Made by a program: the position numbers and the translations under genes. The notes beneath the pieces are model-generated. The model made no database searches. It saw nothing but the letters and a program-made list of their open reading frames with translations, and was not told the origin of the DNA. This document shows, piece by piece, positions 12,537-28,005 of a stretch of 64,000 nt of DNA; positions within the stretch are counted from its first letter, which is position 1, and each line of letters opens with the position of its first letter. The DNA comes from the human T2T-CHM13v2.0 reference genome, Homo sapiens, in the NCBI RefSeq assembly GCF_009914755.1, contig NC_060926.1; one strand, 5' to 3'.

Positions 12537-12989
12537 GCCCTCCCGGAGGTGGACCCCCTTCCCAGCACCTCTGCGAGAGATCCGGGGACCTGTGGGCAGC
12601 TGGCGGAGGGGAGACTCAGCAGACGGACCCTCTCCGTTGCCTGCCTCCCAAAATGGAGCCAGGCTTCCAACTTCCGCTGCCTTCGGACATAGGGACCCAG
12701 TTCCCAGGAGCGGGGAGGTAGGGTTGGGGCTGGGGCATTTGGATTGTAATTGGGAGCTCTGCCGTACGCCAGGGCGGTTCCAAACTCTAAACCGTTCCCA
12801 CCGTCAGGGAGACCTACAGTTTCGGGGGACCACCCTGGGCTGGCCTTGTATATAGGAAATGCTGCTGAACTGAATAGAAAGGAACTTGGGAGATTTGAAA
12901 CAGTGCTCGGGTTTTCGCTAGGACCGGTTTGGGCTTTGTACAGGTTATTTAATAGCTTTGTTAAAGATAATTATAATAATTATAACATT

Positions 12990-13081
12990 AATAAAAATGT
13001 TGCTTTTGTCTTCAGCTCCATGCAGAGCTACAGCATGATATGTCTCTGTAAAGTGATCAGCAGTTGCAGCGTGAAAATAAA
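12990..13081 (+). terminator. SP5: Tandem SP5 polyadenylation signals
   Basis: AATAAA at 12990-12995 and 13076-13081 in the AT-rich end of the 3'UTR. Confidence 0.75.
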
Positions 13082-15636
13082 TACTTTAACTCAGGGGTCA
13101 CTACAGGAAGACCCCGTTGAGCCGGTCTCATTTGATCTTTTCTTCTTCTGGGTGGCTGTACTAAGCGGTCGGGTTTCCCCGGGAATTTGATGGTTCCTAT
13201 AGTCTGCCTGTGTCGGAGGCTTCTTTGGTTTGGAAGGATCTGGGCAAATGTGTTGGGTTCAGGAATGGACAAAGGCAGGCAATTCCGTTTTGTGGTAAAG
13301 AGGTAGGGCAAGATTTTCCAATCACAATTTGAGTTTCTCATGCGGCCTTAGGATTCACCCGAGACTGTTTGTCTTCCAAGTTTGTTTTTACCTGACGAAT
13401 TCCCTGTGGCTTTCTATTTGTTGGTACTCTCGGGACAGGTCACAACTATGCTGGTGTTAAGAGAGGTATTAGAGGCGCCAGGATCTGTTCACAGGTGAGA
13501 CTTTGTGGAGAGGTACAGAGAAACGGGACCCTTGTTCAGGTTGGTCTTTGCCTGGGAAAGAACCAAGAAGATAGTTTCCCAGACGCCACTCCTGTATTTC
13601 AGTCCCGTCACGATAGCCAGCGTTGTTTTGCTTGTTTTCTTTTTAATCTTGCGATGGAAATCTTAACAAGTCTTATTTCACAGTAACCACCCAGGAATTT
13701 CTGGCTAGGCCAGGACGTTTAGTTCCATTTTGTATCTGAATTTTATTATGTTTTTAATCATTGAAGTAGTCTAAGATTTTCTCAGGGAAGAGCCAGGAAT
13801 ACTCATGGTTTGGAAATGTGGAAATAGGGTATTTTTTGTCTAGGTGCCTCGCCTTTCTCTAAAAGTTGAAGTTTTGAAGTTTACAAATGTTTTATCAAGT
13901 GTCTAACTCCTTGATATTTTCTAATATTTGAGTTTTTAAACCTGTAACTGAAACTTTTATCAGCAGTTAAATCTTGATTTAAGATTAGCAAAGAACAGAA
14001 AATGTTCTAAATTTTATTAACATGTTAAGCTAGCATCATTAATGCCAAATTTTAATAGAGCCGAATAATCTTTTCATGATAGTTGAAGTGTGTACAAATT
14101 GATAGGATTTCACAGTTCACAAACTGCTTTTACTTTGCCTTTTGTTTGAAGTCAAACTGAAGGATCAGTTCTTAAAAGCTTTGAGGGTTGTTCTTGAATT
14201 CTTATACGAAGTAAAACACAAATATCAACATAATTCAGATGAAAATTACTTTTATACTCCTAAGAAATGGCATTTTTATTCTGTAACTTGGGGCAAGGTA
14301 GTAAATGAATATTAGATTCATAGTGGCAATATACCTTAGAATAAGAGATATTGGAACTATTTAATGACTAATTAGAATGTGAGTCTTCATGGTTCTTCAC
14401 CTGGGAAGAGGAGTTTGGGTTACATTTTCAAGGGTGTGGCAGTTTGCAAGCAATAGTGATAAAGTTGCTAGGCAGTAATATTAATATACACTTAAATATG
14501 TAATCTTAATCAAAATCATTAGATCTAAGTCATTAGATCAAGACTACACATTTTGATGTCTAAAGCAATGTGAAAAGTTATAGAAACTCTCACCTTTCTC
14601 TAAAAAGTTACAGAAACTCCCATCTGAACCATGCCCTGGGATCAACTATAGATTCAGAAAAGGATTTTTGGAAAGTGGTGAGAAAGAGGAATCCTTGTTA
14701 GAGAGTGAAAATTTTCAAAGGCTTTGGACTCAAAATTTGAAATGATTCTTTCATCTGAAAGAATGACCTTGGTAGAGAAAGAAAAATGGCCATTTAAAAA
14801 TGAGTCTACTAGCTATTATTGACAGAGCCAATCATTTATTTAGTATCCAAACAGAAGAGGTGTTGAAGATAAAGTTTTCTTATAATTTTTTGGTTGTTAA
14901 ATATATGGAATTTAATATCTAAGGAAATGAGATATTGGAGATAGATAACTGTGGTTATTAGAGAAAAACAAAATAAATGTATATAATTTTTTAAAGTAGA
15001 ACAAAGTCTTATGACAAAATAACTTTGTTATGGTTTTACTTAACTGCACCTGCAAATTGAAAAAGTATGGTCTTTAACGTGGTACAGCTGAAAGGCTTGC
15101 TCATTGTACCACTGCAAATCTGATAGGATTGTACCACTGCAAATCTGACAACATTAAAGAAGTAGGCAGCATTAAAAAAGTAAGTTTAATCCACCAACTT
15201 TATTCAAGGTTTCACTTAAAGATCCCAGCAAACAATTCAATTAAGTTTAAAAAACTTATTGAAGAAAATATGTTAATGATTGCCTCAAATGTCAGTAGGC
15301 ATTGTAGATTTTAAAGCAACTGTTTTATTAGCATGCAAATGTAATGTACAGTATTCTTTTAAAATACTAAAATTCGTGATATTATTTTAATTTTAACAGT
15401 TTTTGAACCATTTTGAGCAAGAACTTGGAAACATGGAGAAATTGAAATATCAGTAAATTAGTTAATTTAGAAGCATGTGTTTCTGAATTTATTAACACTG
15501 TAGTTATCTGCTTTTCTCAAGAAAAAATTGTGCAAATATACTCTTAACTGATCACTAGTTTTAAATAGTTCTGGTAATGAATGAAAGTAAATTACGTTAA
15601 AGAAAATACAACTGTAATCTCCATGTTATTTTCTAG

Positions 15637-15982
<346 letters not shown>

Positions 15983-17945
15983 GTATATTGTATATTCTTT
16001 TAAATTATTTTACTTTAATCAAACAAGACATGCCAATTAAAAAATTAATCTTGCCAAGCATGCCTCTTGCAGAAACCTATTTGAAACAATGACATTTGTA
16101 GAAAAGTCAGTTTTTTTACCCCAAGCTGTACTATTTTTTATTCTAATATTGTGGGGTTTTAAGTATTAGTTGAAAGCAACATCTTCAGTGTTTTCTATTT
16201 ATTTCATTTCTGCTATGACTGTTTCACAGAATGTTATAGCTGTAGCTATGACTTCAAATTCATGTAAACATCTAGTAAGTTGTTTAGGGCTCTAAAATTG
16301 CAAGCCACTTTTACTTGCATTAGCTCATCACATTAAATAATGACTAGTCAAGGTAAGTTGCCCATTCTCACTGGGAAATAGTCTGTGTTATAGAATCAGA
16401 TTCAAACTTTAAGCTTTGTGTTATAGTAAGTGTAATTATAGTTTGCTAATGTCGCAAATTGAGGGCCACTCAAAACAAGCGATATTAATTTTCTATTAAA
16501 TATCATGGTTTGCATGATAGAGAGAACTTTAAAGGAGTATGAGACCCAGGGCAGTTTTGAAATGTCATGCACCAACATAGTTCAATAGAGTAGGAAAAAA
16601 TAAGGAAAATATCTAGATAGATGTATGTTAGTAATGAGATATATGTTTAGATTAATACGACAAAAGAACATGTTTCATTATTGGGCCACTATAATGGTAA
16701 CCTGATTAGTGTGGCATGTGATTTATTTAATATAGACAGTATATTTTTCTCTCATGTTCAGACTCAACACATTTTTGTATAAAGATCTTGATGTCAGTTG
16801 CTCCTTCCTTGATTATTTTTAAAGAATCTACTATGTTGCCAGAGACAGCAATGTTTCAGATTAATTTATGGACATTATACAATAACTTAATGTTCCTGAC
16901 TATAATTAACAAGTGATATTTGTTCAACAAAGATGTAATCAAACAGCTACGGATTGATAGTTTCGCAATTGTTTTACTATTACAGCTTATTACCAATTGA
17001 AGATTTGTACATGATGATTGATATAGTTTCATGCTGACATTTTGATGACTTCCCTTTCTAGACTTTATGCACTTTTCTTTCCGTGTCTTTAGCAATTATC
17101 TAAAGTATAATCCTCTATTGGATATTTGAGACTTAATTCATAAATCAGCCTATGCATATGAACTATAGTAGTATCTGCACAACACATAATAAACCACATT
17201 AACTAATACATTTTGGTTGTCTACCTCATACCAAAATGTAATTCAGGGTAAATAAACCCAACTCTTAGTTTGATACCACTTGGAAAATCTGCAGCTTTCA
17301 CTTTTCAAAAAGTTGTTTCAGCATTATGAAGATTCATTATGCCTATTATGAAATGGAAGTTTGTTTTACAGTAAAACTATTCATCTAATATTTTCATTAC
17401 TTGTCAAAATTCTGACATCAAAATACACTAAAATTTTCTAAAGTCTAAGGCAGTGTCTAAATGTCATCTGATTTTTTCATGTAGAGTTAAACCAGTCATA
17501 TATGGGTGCTTTCTAATCATTTTATGTTTAGCATAATCTAAAACACAGATGGAAAACATCTGGCCCTCAGCTTAATTTTACCCAATTCATGAAGCAAATA
17601 TCAAGGCTAACTCATTTATGCTTATGGTTGGGAAAATGTGTCCTAATTTTAAAAATATTTGGTGGCAATTTCCCAAAAGCCTACATCAGATACCATGAAA
17701 GCTCATTTCTCTTATCTCTATGTGAGTTTTATTCTTATAAATTCTATGTCTTGCTTTCTTTTCCATTCTGACTTGTGGATGTCACACATCTTCTATATAT
17801 CCATGTCCATTTCTAGCATGGAAACTTTCATTTTGTGTCATGTGTCTCTCCTGCTTTTCTCAACGTATTTATGTCCATGATTTGATTTTGCTCCCAATAA
17901 TGCGGAACTCAACAGGATTCTAAACTGTAGTATTTTAAATCTATT

Positions 17946-18258
<313 letters not shown>

Positions 18259-19249
18259 GTATTTTTAATAGACATTTTTATTCTTTGGTCTAAATTTTAC
18301 ATGTGCTTGAATTAAATTTATAGTTCTATTTGTCGATTCAATTCATATTTTATTTAGTACATGGCTGATGTTTCCTGTGAATTTGTGAACATCAGTGGGA
18401 AAAATACATGGCAATAAAGTAAAATTATAAAATACAGTAGAAGATTATGGTTTGAGGTAATACCAATTTGGATAGATTTTAGCAAGTAAAAAATATACAA
18501 ATGAAGTATATTTATATACCCAAGTCATTAAACAGCCCTTTATTTCTTGAGCTATAATTTTAATGAGGGGAATGTGAACTAAGACCTATAAGCACATAGC
18601 TATGTATAGTTCTCATTGTGGTTATTACCTTTGATGGAGACTTGTTTTTCTTTTAAGCCTTTTTCTCCCCTGTTTGATCCTTGAAGTCCATGTCATCTCT
18701 TGATAGTACTGCAGACAGCTGCCAAGAAAGTCATTGTGGTAAGAAATTCTGTAGTGAGCCTGGGTTTGAAGTAGAAAGTTGCCAAGTTGTTTTCTAGGGA
18801 GAGAGCACTCCCTTCATCAGTCATGATTCAGACTTGTCAATAGCAAGCCTGCGTGCCCTGAGCAGCCAGCAGCTAGAGGCTGTGGGGCTGTGGCTGCCCC
18901 CTTGCTTCTGGAGCAGGGAGGTCTAGGAGTAAAGAAAGGGGAAACAAATGGGGAATAACAGACGTGGAGAATATCCTATCTAAACAGGATATCAAAAGGG
19001 GTTGAAATAGGGTCATTAGGTAGAAGTAGAAAGGCAAGGTTTGAGCACCTTCTCAAATTTGAAATGGACCCCAGGAAGGAAGGTGCCTCCCTCACCCCAG
19101 GTTTTTGGAATTTTGTGTTTTGTGTTTTGTTTTTTTTTTAACTAAAGGTGAGTATGAGTAGGCTGTAGAGGAGATGTGGTGGACTTTAACGACCTTTGGA
19201 CTTGAATTATCCTTATGGTCTCTTCCAAAGCTGAAATGCCTCAAATCTA

Positions 19250-19720
<471 letters not shown>

Positions 19721-19869
19721 CTAAAAACACAAAGGAAAGAGAAATTACTTCAGGTAATAACAATGATAAACTTTTTTATTCCACAAATGGATATTCTGCT
19801 TTGAAAAACAATCTCCAAACTCCATCTGTGGCATTCAGAATCCAATTAGATTTTTATTCAGAGCTGTTA

Positions 19870-20058
19870 GTTCAAGACATTGGTCCCCAGACCTGCAGCA
19901 TCAGCATCACTTGGGAATCACTGGTTAGAAATGCAGATTCTCGGGTCCAACCGCCAAACTTACTAAATCAGAAACCCTGAGAACGGCCTGGCAATCTGTG
20001 TTTTAACCAGCCCTCCAGGTGATTCTAATGCACACTGATGTTCGAGAACCACTGGTTT
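19870..20058. mobile_element. MER5A-like hAT-Charlie DNA transposon
   Basis: CAGCATCAGCATCACTTGGG...AGAAATGCAGATTCTCGGG...CCCTCCAGGTGATTCT...GAGAACCACTG. Confidence 0.8.
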
Positions 20059-20165
20059 AGGAAACTGCACGTTTTAACCATGTGCAAGATGGAAAATATA
20101 TAAGCAAATTCTAGCCTAAGACATTTCTCACAAGTTACTTTGGGGAAATAGAAAATGGATAGACT

Positions 20166-20584
<419 letters not shown>

Positions 20585-21515
20585 TTATGTAATTGTGTAG
20601 ACAATTGTCCTTTTATAGTATGTAATACCAATACAGGATTTACATTTTTGAATTATAAATCACATATTTTAGATGTTAGTGGAATTTTCCCCATTAAGTC
20701 GAACAGTGACTTTAGCAATATCTGGTTTCCTAAAGGGAATACTGAGCTAACTAAGCAGTATTTAGTGTCATTGGATGATTAACAACTAAACATCATGAGT
20801 CACATATAAACTCCACCACTAAGAGTAAAAAACACGTATATATTCTGTGCTGCAGAAATGCAATGATGGCTCTTCTAAAAGATAAGCGTAGTCACCACCA
20901 GCCTCTGTTTTGCTACAGTAGCTTTTTAAAACTACCCACAGGGAAATGTAGGAGCCTGGAGCTTCTCTGTAGTACACATGAAAACCTTAGAAGGTTGTGG
21001 ATATTTATCTAAACCAAGAATGTTCACTTTCCTCTGGTTCTAGCCCAATCCTCATTGGTCCACCTTTTTTCTCCTCTACAAAGTCTTTCTTGCTCAAAGT
21101 GCATTTCAGGGCTGTATCCCAGACCAGAACATGATTTAGTAAAAATTTTTTGGCAGTTTATTTCTGACCTTTGGAATTGTAGAAAGCTGCTGGGAATTAC
21201 CAGTACCAGGGAAACCTGTAACATAAATGAAAATACCTCTATGATTCTATGATTTTTTTTTTTTTTTCAGAGAATGGGCCCCTCACTCTGCCCCCAAGTC
21301 TAAACTATCTAATCATCATTGTTTGGGGTCCTTTAGGAGGCCTCCCTAGTGAACAATAACAAGAAGCTAGGATGCTGCTGACTGTAGCATATTCCCAAGG
21401 AGGCCCCAATCCCTGAGAGATCAAGGGAGCTCTCTAAGACAAGATAAATCTTCCCAGCCACAACTTACAGAATTTAGCATGTTGGGGTTGGAGACTTAAA
21501 AATCACTGACTCTGA

Positions 21516-21825
<310 letters not shown>

Positions 21826-23647
21826 TCAGCAACTCTGATTCTCTCATTTAACAGAGGAGAAAACAGCATGCCAGATCCAATGAAAACATCATTATCCATG
21901 TGCATTACACAAGTAAGCACATTCAATAGGAATCCAGCAGCCTAGCAAAGGGAGAGATGGTTGAGGAGCATAGAGACTGAGAGAAGACTCGGAAGAAGTA
22001 TGGAGAGAAGCTTTGGTCTGAAGTTGCCAAAGTACTAAGAATGGTGGCTCTCAGCTTTTTACATGCATGAAAATTACCTGGGATGCTTATTTAAATGGAG
22101 GATCCTGAGCTACATCCCTAGAACTGCTAATTCGTTTGGTCTAGTGGTGAGGAAGCTAGTTTCATTATAAACATCACCCCAGTGACTCTAAGACAGGTGG
22201 TTGGAAGATCACCATTAGAGAAATGCTTCCTTACAAGAGAAAACCTAGTGAATGGGGTAACATCTACACATTTTGACAACGGCAAATGCTCAGGTAATAA
22301 ATCCATATCTGATTTTCCTTTTTAAAAAGTCCACAGCTGATTGCTGAGGTCTGACACAATATATTCCATGATCTCGAAGAGGAGAAGTGACTTAGAAGTT
22401 TTATCTTATTTACCTGGGTCTGTGCCAAATGCTGTAGTAGATGTCATGATCCTTTCCCTGTCAAAATATAAGAATAAAGACACTAAATGATCACTTGGGT
22501 TTGCTAAATTCCCAACTAAAATTAATTAAATTCTGAACTGAAGTCACAAAAATTGAGTTAAATATATATGTTCTAGATATTTTATTCTGGGCTCATATCT
22601 TTCTGTGACAGTTCAGAATCAGAGTCATTGAGGTTTATAACCAAAATGATTTCAGAGTTCACCAAATCAAGCCTCTTTATTGTACAGATGAAGCAACCAA
22701 TACTCATCAAGGTCCAGCCCTCGTAGAGTTTGCATTCTAGTAAAGTCACCGTACTGTAAAATCTTACTCCCTCACCTGATATCTTACCTCTTTATCATTC
22801 CATTCACTTTTGGATTCATGTATTCCACAAATATTTATTCAATATTTACAGATGGCACAGATGAACATCCATCATGAAAAAGTCATACAAGGTTCTTGCT
22901 GTCATGGAGCTGGCAGTCTAGTAAGAAATACAGAACGTTGACAGGAAATATTTAGGGACATCAGGAGAGCAGAGGCTATTCACTACCACATACTGGAGCC
23001 TAATATAATGCCTGGCACATACTATATACTCAATAAGTATTTTGTTGTGAATATAAGGTACTACAAGTATGGTCAGTATAGTAAATATGCCATAGTTTTA
23101 ACTGGTAGTGTCTCTTCCCATTGGCATCTATAAGAGGTGGGTTCAGATTAAAGACCAGAATCCCTTTCTTCCTTGAGCTGTTTGAGTGGGGATATGGTGG
23201 TGGTTCTAGGAAGATGCTAACTGTCTCTGTCTGTCTCTTCCAGATCCTGGGTCTGATGGCTTCTCTGAGGCAATCTCAACTTCCCAATGTCTAACAGTCA
23301 TTCCTTTGCATTCCCCAAGTCTCATTTCTCCAGCTTTTAAAGACATTCCTGTACCACTACCTTCCTGGCTATTATCATAATCTAAACTAACTTAGAAGAG
23401 TATGTTGAGTGACCATTCAAAGGGAAAAAAAAAAAAAGCAAAAACCACAAGGCAGGAGGTGGAAGAAGCCACAGCTGAAGAGAGAAGGAGAGTGTCTCAG
23501 ATGGAGAAGAGATGGTAGTGGTGTGGGTATGTGTTGTGTGGAGGACTGATGGATCTGGAGGTATGGAAGGGCCATGCCTCAGAAGGAACAGGTATGGTGC
23601 TCCTAAAACAGTTAGACCCAGAGCAGCAGTCTTAACAAAGACCCCTA

Positions 23648-24195
23648 TGTATTAGTTTTTTTTTTGTTGCAACAAATTACCACCAACTTAGAGGCTTCAA
23701 ACAACATACATTTATTATCTCACGGGTTCTGTGCATCAGAAGTCCAGGCACAGTTTAGTTGCGTCATCTGCTTCAGGATCTTACATAAAAGGCTACAGTG
23801 AAGGTGTCAGCCAAGGCTGGGGTCTAATCTGAAGGCTCGATTGGTAAGGGATCCATTTCCAAACTCAAGTGGTTATTGGTAGGATTCAGTTCTTTGTGGG
23901 CTATTGGACTGAGGACCTCAGTTCTTTGTTGGCTATTGCCTGGAGACTGACTTTGGTTTCTTGCTATATGGGCCTCCCCAACATGGCTGCTTCATCAAAG
24001 CTTGCAAGCTGCAAAGGCAATAAAGTCAGCTAGGAAAATGGAGGTACATCTTTAATAATCTAATCATAGAAGTGGCAGCCTATCAACAGTCTATTAACTT
24101 GAAGGAAGTCATTCAAGAAAAAGGGATTACACAAGGGCATGAGTACCAGGAGACAGGAATCATTTGAGGCCATTTTAGAAGCCACCTACCACACC
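23648..24195 (-). mobile_element. MLT1-family MaLR LTR
   Basis: TGTATTAGTT...AACAAATTACCACCAACTTAG...ATTTATTATCTCACGGGTTCTG pattern. Confidence 0.7.
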
Positions 24196-24339
24196 CTTGT
24201 GATGCACACTGTCAGTAATATGGAGTTACATATATAGGCCATAAAGACTTGGGCAAAGAGTTTCTCAGCATCAGTCATGATGCTTTCCTACTGATGAGAG
24301 ACTGCCAATCCCACCCATTCATATTTTCTTTCTTCCTTT

Positions 24340-24785
24340 TGGTAATAGTAATCCCCAAGTTTTTGGGAGGTACATGATTGTCCATCTAGAGATGACATAT
24401 CCCAGCCTCACTTGCAACTAGGTGTGGCCATATGACTAAGTTCCCACCAATGGCATGTGAGCCTGTGATGTATGTCACTTCTAGGTCACATCCTTAAAAG
24501 AAAGTTGCATGCTCTCCCTTTCTTCTTTCCTCTTTCTTGAGGCTGGAATGCGGACATAATGTTGGGCATTTAACTCAATCATGTGGATAGGACAACACCC
24601 GAGAGGATGGCAAAGCAACAAAACAGAAGGCATAAGGGTCCTCAGACCATCACAAGAAGCAGAGCAGCCCACCTTTCCTGGGCTGCCTACCAGCTGGACT
24701 TTTATTTGAAAGACAGACCATCTTGTTTAAGCCATGGTTACTTGGTACCTGTTACAGCAACTAAACAAATATCCTAAATGATAGA
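24340..24785 (+). mobile_element. MLT1-family MaLR LTR (MLT1I/J-like)
   Basis: CCCAGCCTCACTTGCAACTAGGTGTGGCCATATGACTAAGTT...TTGTTTAAGCCA. Confidence 0.65.
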
Positions 24786-25535
24786 TCACAAAATGCTTCT
24801 AAGGCAGTTATTAACGGTGTTCCTGGTGAGTCTTCTTGGGACAGCTGTGAATTACATCCTTTTAAAAGAGTACCTGAGAAAGCAAGCCCAGGTGATATCA
24901 CCATTTAAGCCCCTCTTAGGCTGTGTTTGCTGATGTCCTCAAAATGCGTTCTCACTAGCTTAAGGGTGTCTTCTTAGGATGCTGCTATGGAAAACTCCAT
25001 CACTGTTTTCCAGCTTTGCCCATACTCAGGTACCAAGAGGATTTCACTCATGTGATTCTTCATTTATTTCACTATTTTAGGGGCTCTTCTCATGTGGCAG
25101 TCACTGTGTCAGGCGCCAGGGAAACAACAGACAGCAGAACAGACACGAGCTTTACACTCTCAGGAAGCTGATATTCCAGTAAGGCAGGAAAGACCCAATA
25201 AACAAGATAATTTCAGGGAATTATACAACAAAACAGCAACCTGAAATTTGTCTTCATGTCCTCTATAAATTACACAGGCAAACTGAGTCTATCACGTTGC
25301 TGAATATCTTATGGTCTCTGTGATAGCTAGCCTCAGAGATGGCCCCCAATAGTCCTTGTCTCTTAACTGCCTCAGCCTGAAGGAGACGCATTATTTCCAC
25401 ACACATTCCATTGGTGAGAATTAGTCCCACAAACACACCTAGAAGCACAGAGATTGGGAAACATAGAGAAGCACATGGATATTTGTTGAAAACTAACCGT
25501 GATCTGCCAACATGCTCATCATAAAAATTCAAGCA

Positions 25536-26142
<607 letters not shown>

Positions 26143-26325
26143 ATTAAGTACAAAACAGAAGTAGACAATAAAAGGGTTGCCTTATCCTCTACCTCTGTTG
26201 AAAAAAAAAAAACTGTTAACATTTGGCTCATTCATTAAATCAACACAACTTTATGTATCACCTTCAGTGTGCCTTGCCGTGTCCCAGATGCTGGATATGA
26301 TTCCTAACCTCGTGGCTTCCAGTTT

Positions 26326-26327
<2 letters not shown>

Positions 26328-26368
<41 letters not shown>
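26328..26368. repeat. (TG)n microsatellite
   Basis: Read directly from the sequence. Confidence 0.97.
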
Positions 26369-26369
<1 letters not shown>

Positions 26370-26449
26370 TTTCCTCATTTGCAAAATGGTTATAACAATA
26401 GTGTCTAACTTATAGGGTTGCTGTGGGGATTAAGTTGTACAGGTTAACA

Positions 26450-26820
26450 TGGAATACAAGGGAATGAAATAATGGTGTTTGCAGCAACCTGGATAGAGTT
26501 GGAGACTATTATTCTAAGTGAATAGATAACTAAGTGAATTAAATAACTCAAGAATGAAAAACCAAACATTGTGTGTTCTCTCTTATAACTGGGAGCTAAG
26601 CTATGGGGATGCAAAGACATAAGAATGATATAATGGACTTTAGGGACTCAAGGGGAAGGGTAGGAGTGGAGTGAGTGATAAAAGACTACACATTGGGTAC
26701 AGTGTACACTGCTTGGGAGATGGGTGCACCAAAATCTCAGAAATCACCACTAAAGAACATTTCCTTGCAACCAAACACCACCTGTTTCCCCCAAATTATT
26801 GAAATTTAAAAAAGAAAAAA
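26450..26820 (+). mobile_element. L1PB-like 3' end
   Basis: GCAGCAACCTGGA...GGGAGCTAAGCTATG...ATTGGGTACAGTGTACACTGCT...CACCACTAAAGAA followed by an A-rich tail. Confidence 0.8.
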
Positions 26821-27127
26821 ATTCATTCATTAAAAAATAAAATATATAGATTAAATAACTTAGAAAAATGGTACATAACAAGTACTCAATAAAATTGTTT
26901 TGCTGTATATGCACAATATAAATATTTAATAAAAACAGTATTATACTACTTATATGGTCCTATTCTATGGTCTACTCCTTAAACCCTTTCAGTAATAGGG
27001 CTCAATTTCTACTTCAAAACATAGAAGATGGAGTTCATCATTTTAACCACTTTATCCATTGTCTGGATTTATCCTATATTTAGCCCAGAGATTCACAGAT
27101 GTGGAATTCATGAATGGGCATTGTATG

Positions 27128-27494
27128 CTTTTATAGATGGAATGTTTCTGTCTCCTCAAAATTCATATGTTGAAATCCTAACCCACCGTGTCATGGTATT
27201 AGGAGGTGGAGCTTTTGGAAGGTCATTAGGTCATGAGGGTGGAGCCCTCATAAATGGGATTACTGCCCTTATAAAAGAGACCCCAAGGAGCTCCCTAGTC
27301 CTGTTTCTGCCATGTAAGGATGCAATGAGAAGTTGGCTGTCTGAAACCTGAAGAGGGCCCTCACCAGAACCCAACCATGTTGTTACTCTTACCTTGGGCT
27401 CCCAGCCTCCAGAACTATGAAAAATAAATTTCTGTTGTTTATAGGCTACCAGGTTTATGGAACTCTATTATAGTAGCCAGAACTGACTAAGACA
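27128..27494 (+). mobile_element. MaLR LTR (MLT1A/MST-like)
   Basis: AAAATTCATATGTTGAAATCCTAACCC...GGAGCCCTCATAAATGGGATTA...AATAAATTTCTGTTG...CTAAGACA. Confidence 0.8.
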
Positions 27495-27694
27495 TATGCA
27501 AATTTTTTAATGTCCAAATTTTTCTGGAGAGTGCATCCAAACTTTAGTTGATTCCTGAAAGAATTCATAATCCAAAAGCAGTAAAGAACTGTGATTTAAA
27601 TGGACCAATCCTTGACCTTGATCAACTATGTTTACTTTTTTGTGCACCAGTCTCTCCATCTGTGTGTTTAGTTAAATCATTCATCCTTCTGAAC

Positions 27695-28005
27695 TGGGCA
27701 TGGTGGTTCACGCCTGTAATCCCAGCACTTTGGGAGGCCAAGGTGGAAAGATCGCTCGAGCTCAGGAGTTCGAGATCAGCCTGGGCAACATGGCAAAACC
27801 TGTCTCTACTATAAATACAAACAAACAAACAAACAAGTTTAGCAGGGGATGGTGGCACATGCCTGTAGTCCCAGCTACTCAGGAGGCTGAGGTGGGAGGA
27901 TTGCTTGAATCCAGCAGGCAGAGGTTGCAGTAAGCAGAGATGGCGCCACTACCCTCCAGCCTCGGTGACAGAGCAAGACGTTGTGTTAAAACTAAATATA
28001 TAAAA
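27695..28005 (+). mobile_element. Alu (AluJ-like)
   Basis: Alu consensus. Confidence 0.9.

Larger units (their letters stand above)
6880..12700. promoter_or_regulatory. Large CpG island covering the SP5 upstream region, promoter and gene body
   Basis: Very high GC and CpG density compared with the flanks. Confidence 0.9.
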
